From NCBI GenBank assembly GCA_020247305.1, contig JADCJE010000045.1:71251-135250 (forward strand): a DNA stretch of 64,000 nt, in the 5' to 3' direction. Of this stretch, positions 1 through 8,958 are shown one piece after another (the first letter of the stretch is position 1; every line of letters starts with the position of its first letter). The position numbers and the translations under genes were made by a program. This DNA comes from Phycisphaerales bacterium (GTDB lineage Bacteria > Planctomycetota > UBA1135 > UBA2386). The notes beneath the pieces were generated by a model that was not told where the DNA came from, made no database searches, and saw nothing but the letters and a program-made list of their open reading frames with translations.

Positions 1-1
1 C

Positions 2-931
2 CAGGCGCCGGCTCCGACGCCTGCACCGACGCCCACGCCAACGCCGCCGGTCGCTGATCCGGCGACCCCGACGAGCCAGACCGAACTGCGGGCCCAGTCG
101 ATGCGGCAGCAGATCGGCGACGGCAAGCAGGTGCAGAGCCACGTGCGCGTGATGGTGCGGCTGACCAACGGCAACCGCATCACCGGCGTCGTCAAGGACG
201 GGCGCCTCGTCGAGCGCATCGACGGCCTGCGCTTTGTCGAGGCCAACGCCGACGACAAGGGCGCTGGCGTGCGCATCTGGTACACCGCCGGCGCGCGCGA
301 CTTCGTGTTCGTGCCGTTCCGCGACTTCGCCGAGTACAAGATCATCCAGAAGCTGTCGCACGCGCAGTTGCTGCAGGTCGAGTCCGAACTGCAGGCGAGC
401 CTCGCGCGCAAGACCGCCCCCGTTCCGGCGGGCGAAGGCAAAGCCGGCGCCGACGGCGGCGAAACCGGCGCGGCCGAAGGCGGCGATGGACTGCCGCCCG
501 ACGACCAGGAGCCCGCCGGCGACGCGGCGGGCAAGGCCAAGGCCAAGGAGCCGGCGAAGGACGCCGCCAAGGACAAGCCGAAGGACGGCGACAAGGCGCC
601 CGCGGTCGGCAAGGACCAGCAGAAGTCGTGGTTCGACCTCGTGCAGACCTACCCGCCGGAGGACGGTTGGAACGAAGCGCGGCGCGACGAGCTCAAGCGC
701 CGCTTCGTCGTCATCGGCAGCAAGCCGAGTGCGGTCGAGCAGCGCTTCCTCGACGAGTACGACGAATGGAAGAAGGCCTGCGCCTACTTCGGCGTCGAGC
801 CGACCAAGGACGCCGGCGCGGGCGCGACGGACGGCGCGGGCCCGGCGAAGCACAAGGCCAAGGACGACCGCAAGGCGCGGCGCGGCAAGGGCAGCGACCC
901 CGCTGCCGGCGGCAGCGACGACAAGAAGTAG
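2..931 (+). CDS. Hypothetical protein, 5'-truncated by the window edge
   Basis: Frame is open from nt 2 (QAPAPTPAPTPT... Pro/Thr linker) through the 101..931 ORF. Codon usage is GC3-rich, with a globular core and low-complexity Lys/Asp/Ala stretches. No family recognised. Confidence 0.7.
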   Translation, partial: QAPAPTPAPTPTPTPPVADPATPTSQTELRAQSMRQQIGDGKQVQSHVRVMVRLTNGNRITGVVKDGRLVERIDGLRFVEANADDKGAGVRIWYTAGARDFVFVPFRDFAEYKIIQKLSHAQLLQVESELQASLARKTAPVPAGEGKAGADGGETGAAEGGDGLPPDDQEPAGDAAGKAKAKEPAKDAAKDKPKDGDKAPAVGKDQQKSWFDLVQTYPPEDGWNEARRDELKRRFVVIGSKPSAVEQRFLDEYDEWKKACAYFGVEPTKDAGAGATDGAGPAKHKAKDDRKARRGKGSDPAAGGSDDKK

Positions 932-995
932 CGCGCCGATCGATTCCCGGCTGCCCGCTTGATCCCGCCCGGTGCGGGCGGGAATGCTGTCGGCC

Positions 996-1916
996 ATGCA
1001 GTGCGCCTTCCTGTTCACCGGCCAGGGTTCGCAGTTCGTCGGCATGGGCAAGGACCTCGTCGAGAGGTTCCCGATCGCTCGGCAGGCCTTCGCCGAGGCG
1101 GATGCCGCGCTCGGCGAGTCGCTGTCGACGCTGTGCTTCGAGGGGCCGGAGGAGCAACTCGGCCTGACTACGAACACCCAGCCGGCGACCCTCGCGGTCG
1201 CGACGGCCGCCTTCCGCGCGCTCGGCCGCAAGCCCGACCTCGCCGCTGGCCACAGCCTGGGCGAGTATGCCGCGCACGTCGCCGCCGGCACGATCCCGTT
1301 CGCCGAGGCGATCCGGTTGGTGCGCGAACGGGCGCAGCGCATGCAGTCGGCCGTGCCGGTGGGTACCGGCGGCATGGTCGTGCTGCGCAAGATGGGCCTC
1401 GACGAGGTCAAGGCGCTGGTCGCCAAGGTCGACGCCGGCCTGTGCGAGATCGCCAACGTCAACGAGCCCGAGCAGATCGTCGTCTCGGGCGCGATCGCGG
1501 CGATGGACCAGGTCGTGGCGCTGGCGCCGCCGCGCAAGGCGCTCAAGCTCAACGTGTCGGTGCCGTTCCATTGCTCGCTGCTGCGCGCGGCCGGCGACGG
1601 CTTCGCCAAGGTCCTCGACGCCACGCCGATGCGCGATCCGGCGTTCCCGATCTGGTGCAACGTCGACGCCGCGCCGGTAGCAACGGCAGCGGCGGCGCGC
1701 AGCGCGCTGCAGCGGCAGTTCGCCGGCGCGGTGCTGTGGCAGCAGACGGTCGAAGGCATGTTCGCCGCCGGCGTGCGGCGTTTCGTCGAGTGCGGGCCGA
1801 AGCCCACGCTCGTCAACATGGTCAAGCGCATCGCCCTGGCCAAGGGCGTCGAGGGCGTCGAGACCATCGCGGCGACGACGGCCGACGAGATCGCGGCATT
1901 GGCCGCGCACGGATGA
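996..1916 (+). CDS. fabD: Malonyl-CoA:ACP transacylase
   Basis: N-terminal FLFTGQGSQ, catalytic GHSLGEY, IANVN, VSVPFH, FVECGP motifs; ATG at 996. Confidence 0.95.
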   Translation: MQCAFLFTGQGSQFVGMGKDLVERFPIARQAFAEADAALGESLSTLCFEGPEEQLGLTTNTQPATLAVATAAFRALGRKPDLAAGHSLGEYAAHVAAGTIPFAEAIRLVRERAQRMQSAVPVGTGGMVVLRKMGLDEVKALVAKVDAGLCEIANVNEPEQIVVSGAIAAMDQVVALAPPRKALKLNVSVPFHCSLLRAAGDGFAKVLDATPMRDPAFPIWCNVDAAPVATAAAARSALQRQFAGAVLWQQTVEGMFAAGVRRFVECGPKPTLVNMVKRIALAKGVEGVETIAATTADEIAALAAHG

Positions 1917-2902
1917 CGGCTGCGGTCGACAACCCGCTGCGGCAGGCGCTGTTCCCGCTCGGGTTGGCATGGTGCGGCGTCGCGGCGCTGCGCCATTTCG
2001 CCTTCGACCGCGGCCTGCTGGCGGCGCACCGGCTCGGCGCCACGGTCGTGTCGATCGGCAACCTCGCCGTCGGCGGCACCGGCAAGACGCCGGCAGTGGC
2101 CTGGTTGTGCGAGCGGGCGCGCGCGCACGGCCGCCGACCCGGCGTGCTGGCGCGCGGCTACGGCCGCGCGGCCGGCGCGGCGCTCAACGACGAGGGCGCG
2201 ATGCTGCAGCGGCGCATGCCGTGGCTGTTGCAGGAGCAGGATCCCGACCGCGTGGCCGCCGGCGGCAAGCTCGTCGGCCGCGGCGTCGACTACGTCGTGC
2301 TCGACGACGGCTTCCAGCACCGACGCCTGCGGCGCGACCTCGACATCGTCTGCCTCGACGCAGCGCGGCCGTTCGGCAACGGCATGTGCCTGCCCGCCGG
2401 CGACCTGCGCGAGGGCCGCGCCGGCCTGCGCCGCGCCGGCATGGTGTTCCTCACGCGCAGCGAGAGCCTGGCCCCGGCAGAACTCGCGGAACGCATCGCT
2501 CGCGTGCGCGACCTCGCCGGCCGCGCCATCCCGATCTTCGCGACCGCGCACGCGCCGGTCGACCTCGTCGAGCGACCGTCCGACGCCACTGCGCCGCTCG
2601 CCGCGCTCGCCGGCCGCCGCGTCGCGCTGCTGTCCGGCATCGCGCGCCCGGCGAGCTTCCGCCGCACTGTGGAGGAACTCGGGGCCGAGGTCGTCGCCGA
2701 CCTGCGCCACGCCGACCACCATCGCTTCACCGACGCCGAGCTCGCCGCCGCGGCGCGCGCTGCGCAGGACGCCGGCGCGGTCCTCGTGACGACGGAGAAA
2801 GACGACGCCCGCATGCCGTCGGTCGGCCCGGCGCGGCTGGTGCTGCGCATCGCGCTGCGGTTCCTCGACGGCGAACCGTCGCCGGCGGAGCTGCGGCTGT
2901 GA
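1913..2902 (+). CDS. lpxK: Tetraacyldisaccharide 4'-kinase
   Basis: SIGNLAVGGTGKTP P-loop, ARGYG, LDDGFQH, PAGDLRE, TTEKD motifs; ATG overlaps the fabD stop (ATGA). Confidence 0.93.
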   Translation: MTAAVDNPLRQALFPLGLAWCGVAALRHFAFDRGLLAAHRLGATVVSIGNLAVGGTGKTPAVAWLCERARAHGRRPGVLARGYGRAAGAALNDEGAMLQRRMPWLLQEQDPDRVAAGGKLVGRGVDYVVLDDGFQHRRLRRDLDIVCLDAARPFGNGMCLPAGDLREGRAGLRRAGMVFLTRSESLAPAELAERIARVRDLAGRAIPIFATAHAPVDLVERPSDATAPLAALAGRRVALLSGIARPASFRRTVEELGAEVVADLRHADHHRFTDAELAAAARAAQDAGAVLVTTEKDDARMPSVGPARLVLRIALRFLDGEPSPAELRL

Positions 2903-3834
2903 CGATCCGGCTGCGCGACCGGGTCGTCTACCTCGCTGCCCGCGTGGCGATCGGGCTCGCGGCGCGCGTACCGCAGTGGCTCGGCTACGGCCTCGCCGAC
3001 GCGCTGGGCCGGCTGTTCTTCGCGCTCGATGGGCGCCGCCGCGGCTACGCGCTGCGGTTCCTGCGCAACGCCTACCCGGAGGCGACCGACGCCGAGCGCT
3101 TGCGCATCGGCGCCCGCGCCACCGGCAACCTCTTCAAGGTGCCGCTCGACATGGCGCGGCTGACGCGCCTGTTGGCCCGCGGCGGTTCGGTGCGCGACGT
3201 CGTCGACTTCACGGCAGCCGAGGCGACCCTGGCGGCGGCGAAGCCGCCGTTCCTCGGCCTCACCGGTCACCTCGGCAACTGGGAGGTCGGCGCGGTGGCG
3301 ATGGCGCAGTCGGTCGGCCGCGCGCACGGCATCGCGCGGGTGTCGCGCAACCCGCTGCTGCAGCGCTGGATCCTCGACAACCGGCAGCGCGGCGGGCTCG
3401 TCATCCACCCGCGCCGCGGCGGCGTGCGCGACCTCGCGCGCGCCCTCGCGGCGGGGGAAGTCGGCCTGCAGGTTGTCGACCAGAACCAGCGCCTGCGCGG
3501 CGTGTTCGTGCCGTTCTTCGGCGAGGTCGCCAGTTGCGAGCGCGCCGCCGTCAGCCTCGCGCTGCGCTGCGGCTATCCGGTCGTCTTCGGCACGGCGCTG
3601 CGGATCGGCCACGGCTTTCGCTTCCGCTTCGTCATGCACGGCCCGATCCGACTCGCCGTCACCGGTGACCGCGCCGCCGACCTGCGCGCCGGCGTCCTGC
3701 GCGTGAACCAGGAAATCGAACGGCTGGTGCGGCTTGCCCCCCAGCAGTACCTGTGGATCCACGACCGCTATCGCACGCGGCCGGAGCACGATCCGGATGC
3801 CGCGGCGGAACACGACGAAGCTGACGCCGACTGA
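2899..3834 (+). CDS. Lipid A lauroyl/acyltransferase (LpxL/HtrB-like LPLAT family)
   Basis: GHLGNWE, VVDQ, VFVPFFG, PQQYLWIHDRYR motifs; GTG start overlaps the lpxK stop. Confidence 0.88.
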   Translation: MTIRLRDRVVYLAARVAIGLAARVPQWLGYGLADALGRLFFALDGRRRGYALRFLRNAYPEATDAERLRIGARATGNLFKVPLDMARLTRLLARGGSVRDVVDFTAAEATLAAAKPPFLGLTGHLGNWEVGAVAMAQSVGRAHGIARVSRNPLLQRWILDNRQRGGLVIHPRRGGVRDLARALAAGEVGLQVVDQNQRLRGVFVPFFGEVASCERAAVSLALRCGYPVVFGTALRIGHGFRFRFVMHGPIRLAVTGDRAADLRAGVLRVNQEIERLVRLAPQQYLWIHDRYRTRPEHDPDAAAEHDEADAD

Positions 3835-3883
3835 TCCCCGCGTGCCGTCGCCGCACGGCGCGGTTAGGCTGCCCGCGGCGCGA

Positions 3884-3960
3884 GCGCCCGTAGCTCAGCC
3901 GGATAGAGCATCGCTTTTCTAAAGCGGCGGTCCCAGGTTCGATTCCTGGCGGGCGCGCCA
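3884..3960 (+). tRNA. tRNA-Arg (anticodon TCT)
   Basis: GCGCCCG/CGGGCGC acceptor stem, D arm TAGCTCAGCCGGATAGAGC, anticodon loop TTTCTAA, T arm CCAGGTTCGATTCCTGG, encoded 3' CCA. Confidence 0.96.
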
Positions 3961-3968
3961 TCAAACGA

Positions 3969-4053
3969 CGACGGCCGGCGGCGCAGCGCGCCTCCGGCCG
4001 TCGAGCGCGTCCCGCGGCGCGGGACGCGAGCGGATCCGCAGCAACGCGGATCC
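3969..4053. terminator. Three consecutive GC-rich hairpins between the convergent tRNA and CDS; probable bidirectional terminator
   Basis: CGACGGCCGG/CCGGCCGTCG (3969-4003), CGCGTCCCGC/GCGGGACGCG (4006-4028), GGATCCGC/GCGGATCC (4032-4053). Confidence 0.55.
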
Positions 4054-4061
4054 TCCGTGCG

Positions 4062-5753
4062 TCAGAACGAGCCGACGCCCAGGCGCAGCGCATTCGACGT
4101 CAGCAGGCCGCCGGCGTTCTGCGTGGCGTCGATCCAGATGCTCTGGCAGAACACCTGGAAGCCGACCAGGGCGACGTTGTTCGGGATCGGCAGCGGGGTG
4201 GTCAGCGAGCCGACGCCGGGGATGTTCGACACCAGGAGGCCCGTGCCGGTGTTGATGTCGACGTTGGCCGCGCAGCCCGGCGCGCCCAGGATCGCGAGGT
4301 CGAGACCGGTGGGCGACAGCGGGCCGAGGTTGCTCGTGCAGAGGTACGTCAGGCCGAAGTTCGCGCCGGTCGCGTTGTTGACCGTCAGGTTCACGGTCGT
4401 GCCGAGCACCGGGTTGGCGTTCGACGTGAGCGACAGCGCCTGCTGGTCCGTGTTCGACGTGGCGAACGGCAGCGCCGCCGTGATGTCGATGGTGCCCGGG
4501 TCGGCCGCGCCGCTGCCCGGCGTGAAGCCGACCAGCGTCGGCCAGCTGCCGCCGCCCGCCTGGCTCATGACGCCCCAGCGGAACTCGACGTCGCCGTTGG
4601 CGAAGAAGGCCAACTGGAACGTGTTCAGGGTGCCCGCGATGCCGCGGGTCGGCACGTCCTTCCAAGTGAACAGGTGCGCCGCGCTCCCCGCGTCGTAGTC
4701 GTAGTGCGTCGAGCCGCCGGTGCTCGGGTCCATGTCGTAGTGGTTGCCGATGCGGACCGCGGTGCCGGTGAGCCACGCGGTGATGTCGGGGTTGTTGACC
4801 GACGGCGCGGTGCCGGCCAGCTTGAGGTAGCCGTTCGAGTTCATCTCGACGCTCGCGGTGACGACGCCGGGGCCGCCGACGGCCGGGTAGATGATCGGCT
4901 GGCTGTTGGCGAGCGGGACGATGATGTCGTTGTTGTCGAGGTGGCCAAGCGTCGGCGACGTCACGATCTGGACCGGCGTCGTGCCGGCCGTCGCGACATA
5001 GGCGTTGCCGACGGCGTCGTACGTCAGGCGCATCGACGTGTTGCTGAAGTCGACGTTGACCGACGACGGGAACAGCTCGTAGAACGAGCGGAACTTGTCG
5101 TAGCAGCCCTTGCCGTAGGGCTGGCGCGAAGCGAACGTGATTGGCGTGCCGCCGAGCGTGTAGGTGATGGCGCCGGCGAACATGCGCGGCTGGAAGACGC
5201 CGCCACCGAGGAACGCGTTCTGTGCGGCGCCGCCGCGGATGACGAGGTCGGCGTTGCTGAACGTGGTGTTCGTGCAGCTGCCCGGGATCGAGTTGCTCGT
5301 GCAGCTTGCGCCGTTGGTGTACGCGTTGTTGCCGCCGACGGAACGGATGGCGAAGCCGTAGGTGCCCGGGGCGAGCGTCACTGCGGCGATCTGCGGGACG
5401 GGCACGACGGCGAGGTTGGAGAGCAGCGTGTAGCCGCCGGTGCTCGAGTACGCCTGCGGCACCGTCTGTCCGACCTTCGTCCACAGGCTCGGGTTGGTCA
5501 CGTTGCCGAGGTAGGTGCTCGGGCCGAGCCAGAGTTCCCACGACACGTTGCCGTTGAACGGCGCCGCCGCGGTGCCGACGTTGAGCCAGTGGTTGATCGA
5601 GGTGATCGTCAGCGTGTTGTTGACCTGCAGGTCGATGTACAGGCCGCCGCCGACGTTGCCTTGGTTGGCTGCGGTCAGGTTCGTGTTGAGCGTCGTCTGG
5701 GCGCTCGCCGTGGCGGCGAGGGCCGCGAGGGTGAAGATTGCAAGCTTGCGCAT
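4062..5753 (-). CDS. Secreted beta-rich protein with a conserved C-terminal domain
   Basis: Signal peptide MRKLAIFTLAALAATASAQ; rich in Thr/Asn/Gly; C-terminus ...PVLGTT...PGC...IPNNVALVG...Q.IW...SNALRL resembles that of 30865..32487. Confidence 0.85.
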   Translation of the reverse strand: MRKLAIFTLAALAATASAQTTLNTNLTAANQGNVGGGLYIDLQVNNTLTITSINHWLNVGTAAAPFNGNVSWELWLGPSTYLGNVTNPSLWTKVGQTVPQAYSSTGGYTLLSNLAVVPVPQIAAVTLAPGTYGFAIRSVGGNNAYTNGASCTSNSIPGSCTNTTFSNADLVIRGGAAQNAFLGGGVFQPRMFAGAITYTLGGTPITFASRQPYGKGCYDKFRSFYELFPSSVNVDFSNTSMRLTYDAVGNAYVATAGTTPVQIVTSPTLGHLDNNDIIVPLANSQPIIYPAVGGPGVVTASVEMNSNGYLKLAGTAPSVNNPDITAWLTGTAVRIGNHYDMDPSTGGSTHYDYDAGSAAHLFTWKDVPTRGIAGTLNTFQLAFFANGDVEFRWGVMSQAGGGSWPTLVGFTPGSGAADPGTIDITAALPFATSNTDQQALSLTSNANPVLGTTVNLTVNNATGANFGLTYLCTSNLGPLSPTGLDLAILGAPGCAANVDINTGTGLLVSNIPGVGSLTTPLPIPNNVALVGFQVFCQSIWIDATQNAGGLLTSNALRLGVGSF

Positions 5754-5933
5754 GGCAGATGTCAGTTGGTTGAGGGGAACGACGCAGCGTATGACGAGGC
5801 AAGTCGACGCTGCGTTCCCTTGAGTTTAGCACCGTTGAACGGGGTGTCGATCCGCCTGCCCTCGCGGTGCAGGCGCTGCCGCTTGCGCTCCGCCGTCGTC
5901 GCGTGGACGACGGCCCCGCTCCATAATGCGGGC

Positions 5934-8054
5934 ATGACCGCCGCCGCCCTCTCGCGCCGCTGCCATGGCGCTTCCCTCGCCGCTGCCACCAGCCTGCTCG
6001 CCGCCGCCTGCGGTGGCAGCGGCGGTGGTGGCGCCCCGACGACGACCGTGGTCAACGGCTCCCTGCGCGTGCCCCAGACGGCGGCGGCTGCCCTCGCCCC
6101 GATCCCGCACCGGCCCGACCTGCTGATGCGCCCCGCCGAAGTCGTGGCGTGGATCGAGCCGGGCGTCGACGCTGTGCAGTTCGCCGGCCCGGACTACGAA
6201 CTGGTGCAGTCCGGCGGTCCGGTCGCCGTGTTCCGGTCGATCGCTGCGAGCCAGCGCGGTTCGCTGCACGCCGGTGCGGCGCTCGCCGACAGCTGCGAAC
6301 TGGCGACGTGCCACGCCGCCGACGCGATTGCGGCCCTCCCGGGCGTGCGCTGCGCGCAACCCAACTACCTGCTGCAGGCGACGCGCCAGCCGAACGACAC
6401 GCACTTCGGCAAACAGTGGCACTACCCGCAGATCAACCTGCCCCAGGCTTGGGACCTGACGACCGGCAGCGCCAACGTGGTCGTCGCGGTGCTCGACACC
6501 GGCATCAAGGCAGCGCACCCCGACTTCGACCCGGCGCGCGTCGTGCCCGGCTTCGACATGATCAGCGACCCGTCGGTGGCGCGCGACGGCAACGGCCGCG
6601 ACGGCAACCCCGAGGACGTCGGCGACCTAGCCACGCCGCAGGGCAGCAGCTTCCACGGCACGCACGTCGCCGGCACGATTGGCGCGCGCAGCGACAACGG
6701 CAGCGGCATCGCCGGCGTCGACTGGGCCTGCAAGCTGATGCACGTGCGCGTGCTCGGCCGGGGCGGCGGCAGCATCAGCGACATCGCCGACGGCATCCTG
6801 TTCGCCGCGCGGCTGACCAACGGCAGCGGCCAGTTGCCGACGCAGCGCGCCGACGTCGTCAACATGAGCCTCGGCGGCCCCGGCCTCAGCAGCGTGTTGC
6901 AGCAGGCGTGCGACGCGGCGAGCGCCGCCGGCGTGCTGCTGGTGGCGGCGGCGGGCAACGACAACACCAACCAGCCGAGTTCGCCGGCGGCGTTCGCCTC
7001 CGTGCTCTCCGTCGGCGCCGTCGACCTGCTCGGCGCGCGCGCGCCGTACTCCAACTTCCATTCGTCGATCGACCTGTGGGCGCCGGGCGGCGACATGACG
7101 CAGGATCGCAACGGCGACCAGTTCCCCGACGGCGTGCTGTCGTGCATGGCCGACGACCAGGGCGGCTTCTTCTTCTCGTTCGAGAACGGCACCTCGATGG
7201 CGAGCCCGCACGTCGCCGGCGTCGCGGCGCTGGTCAAGGCCGCCAACCCGGCGCTCACGGCAGCGCAGATCCGCGCCGTGCTGCTCGGCAACACCAAGGC
7301 CGGCGTGTCGCTGCCCAACGGCGGTCGCGTCGTCGATGCGCTGGCGGCGGTGCAGGCCGCAGGGGCCACGGCCGGCGGGCCGCTGCTGGTCGCCGCGCCC
7401 GGCGCGGTGGACTTCGGCGCCACCGCGACGAGCGCCACGGTGATCTGCGAGAACCGCGGCCAGGGGGCGGCGGTCACCGCCTCGGTCACGCCCGCGCCGG
7501 CGGCGCCGTGGTTGAGCGTGCAGACCACCGAGACGGCGGCCGGCAACGGCCTGACCAACGACACGGTGACGCTGACCGTCGATCGCACCGGCTTGCCGAC
7601 CGGCGTCTACCAGACGCGCGTCACGTTGGTCGCCAACGTCGGGGCGGCGTCGACCCAGGTCGCGTTCGACGTGCGCATGCAGGTCGGCGCCAGCGCCGGC
7701 GCGACCGACGAAGTGTTCGTGCTGCTCGTCGATCCGCTGACCCTGGAGACGTACTTCCAGGCCAGTGCCCTGCCCGGGACGGGTTACCTCTGGAACTTCG
7801 GCAGCATCGCCGCCGGCCAGTACCTGCTCGTCGCCGGCACCGACCGCGACAACGACGACGAGATCGGCGACGACGGCGAGTGGTTCGGGGCCTGGCCCGA
7901 CCTCGATGCGCCAGCGCCGATCGACGCCGTCGCCGGTTCGGCGCTCACGGGCCTGCAGTTCGGGCTCCAGGACCTCGTGGTGGTGCCGGGTTCGGCGGGC
8001 GCCGGTGCGGGCGCTGGCGCCAGCGCCCGCCGGACGTTTCGGAGGCTCTTGTGA
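5934..8054 (+). CDS. S8 (subtilisin-family) serine peptidase, predicted lipoprotein
   Basis: Lipobox LLAAAC; catalytic motifs VAVLDTG, FHGTHVAG, AAAGN, GTSMASPHVAG; C-terminal beta-sandwich-like domains. Confidence 0.93.
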   Translation: MTAAALSRRCHGASLAAATSLLAAACGGSGGGGAPTTTVVNGSLRVPQTAAAALAPIPHRPDLLMRPAEVVAWIEPGVDAVQFAGPDYELVQSGGPVAVFRSIAASQRGSLHAGAALADSCELATCHAADAIAALPGVRCAQPNYLLQATRQPNDTHFGKQWHYPQINLPQAWDLTTGSANVVVAVLDTGIKAAHPDFDPARVVPGFDMISDPSVARDGNGRDGNPEDVGDLATPQGSSFHGTHVAGTIGARSDNGSGIAGVDWACKLMHVRVLGRGGGSISDIADGILFAARLTNGSGQLPTQRADVVNMSLGGPGLSSVLQQACDAASAAGVLLVAAAGNDNTNQPSSPAAFASVLSVGAVDLLGARAPYSNFHSSIDLWAPGGDMTQDRNGDQFPDGVLSCMADDQGGFFFSFENGTSMASPHVAGVAALVKAANPALTAAQIRAVLLGNTKAGVSLPNGGRVVDALAAVQAAGATAGGPLLVAAPGAVDFGATATSATVICENRGQGAAVTASVTPAPAAPWLSVQTTETAAGNGLTNDTVTLTVDRTGLPTGVYQTRVTLVANVGAASTQVAFDVRMQVGASAGATDEVFVLLVDPLTLETYFQASALPGTGYLWNFGSIAAGQYLLVAGTDRDNDDEIGDDGEWFGAWPDLDAPAPIDAVAGSALTGLQFGLQDLVVVPGSAGAGAGAGASARRTFRRLL

Positions 8055-8434
8055 GGCGCCCGGCGCGCGCCGGCGCGGCGTTGGTCGCGTGGCTCGGGGC
8101 GTCGTGCGCGGGGCCTGAAGCCGCGGTCGCCGACCCCGACTGGCGCGGCGCGCCGGTGCACGTGCGGCACCTGGGCGATCGCGGCGTCGAGGTGGAGTTC
8201 GTGGCGCCGACCGCCGGCCACGAGTTCGCGCTGCGCGAGGTAGTGCGCCGCGGCGCGCGCGCCGACCTCGTCTTCGCCCATGCGCCGCCGACGGCGGATC
8301 TCGTCGCGCAGGTCGTCACGCCGCTGCGCGTGGCCGTCGCGCCCGAGCGACTCGGCGACGCCGCGGTCGTCGCCGTCGTCATCCGCGAAGGCGAGCGGTC
8401 GGCGATCGCCGTGCTGGCCGCGCGACCGCGGTGA
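8051..8434 (+). CDS. Small lipoprotein, PrcB C-terminal-like domain
   Basis: GTG overlaps the S8 stop; lipobox-like LGASC; APTAGHEFAL...V...PP...AQVVTP pattern resembles the PrcB_C consensus (PTGGY...P...TQAITYP). Confidence 0.6.
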   Translation: MRRPARAGAALVAWLGASCAGPEAAVADPDWRGAPVHVRHLGDRGVEVEFVAPTAGHEFALREVVRRGARADLVFAHAPPTADLVAQVVTPLRVAVAPERLGDAAVVAVVIREGERSAIAVLAARPR

Positions 8435-8499
8435 TGGCCGGCCAGGGCGCGCGGACCTGATCGCTCGCTTGTTGTTGCCGCGGTCGGCGCCGCAGCCGA

Positions 8500-8958
8500 T
8501 CAGTAGCCGGCGGCGGCGCAGCGGCGCAGGAACTCGTCGCGCCAGTGGTACCCGTCGAGCAGCGTTGTGTCCGTGTCGCCGAGCAGGGCGCGCGCGAGGT
8601 ACAGGGCCTCGACAGAGGCGAGGCCTTGCGCCGGGTCGTCGTGGAACTTGCTGGCGCGCGGATACGCGGTGGCGACGCCGGCCGGAATCGAGCGCGGGAT
8701 CGGCGCGCCGGTGACGCACGCCCGCAACCGCGGCAGCCAGCGCCACGTCGAGTCGAGCAGCAGCAACGGCCGGCCGGCATCGGCAGGGGACAGCGGCGGC
8801 CCGTCGACGGCGAGCAGCAGATAACCCGTCGCATCGAACGTGAAGCCGGGCCGCTCGCGCAGGAAGGTCAGCTCCCGCCGGTCGTGCAGGAAGCGCAGCG
8901 AGCACTTGGCGATGCGCTCCTTGTGGTGGCGGATCACCGTCGTCGGCACCGCGTTCAT
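8500..8958 (-). CDS. Tsr3/DTW (TDD superfamily)-like aminocarboxypropyltransferase, DUF367-like
   Basis: HHKERIAKCS, LSPAD, LLLLDSTWR, TAYPR, LASVEAL, LLDGYHWRDEF motifs match the Tsr3-like layout. Confidence 0.72.
   Translation of the reverse strand: MNAVPTTVIRHHKERIAKCSLRFLHDRRELTFLRERPGFTFDATGYLLLAVDGPPLSPADAGRPLLLLDSTWRWLPRLRACVTGAPIPRSIPAGVATAYPRASKFHDDPAQGLASVEALYLARALLGDTDTTLLDGYHWRDEFLRRCAAAGY

Noticed and set aside
959-3834. Apparent N-terminal extensions or fusions of lpxK (959..2902) and the acyltransferase (1969..3834)
   Set aside because: The extensions overlap upstream genes out of frame; true starts overlap the preceding stop codons at 1913 and 2899.
3884-8434. Genomic island integrated at tRNA-Arg
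   Set aside because: No integrase, no duplicated tRNA 3' end seen in the window, and no obvious compositional break.
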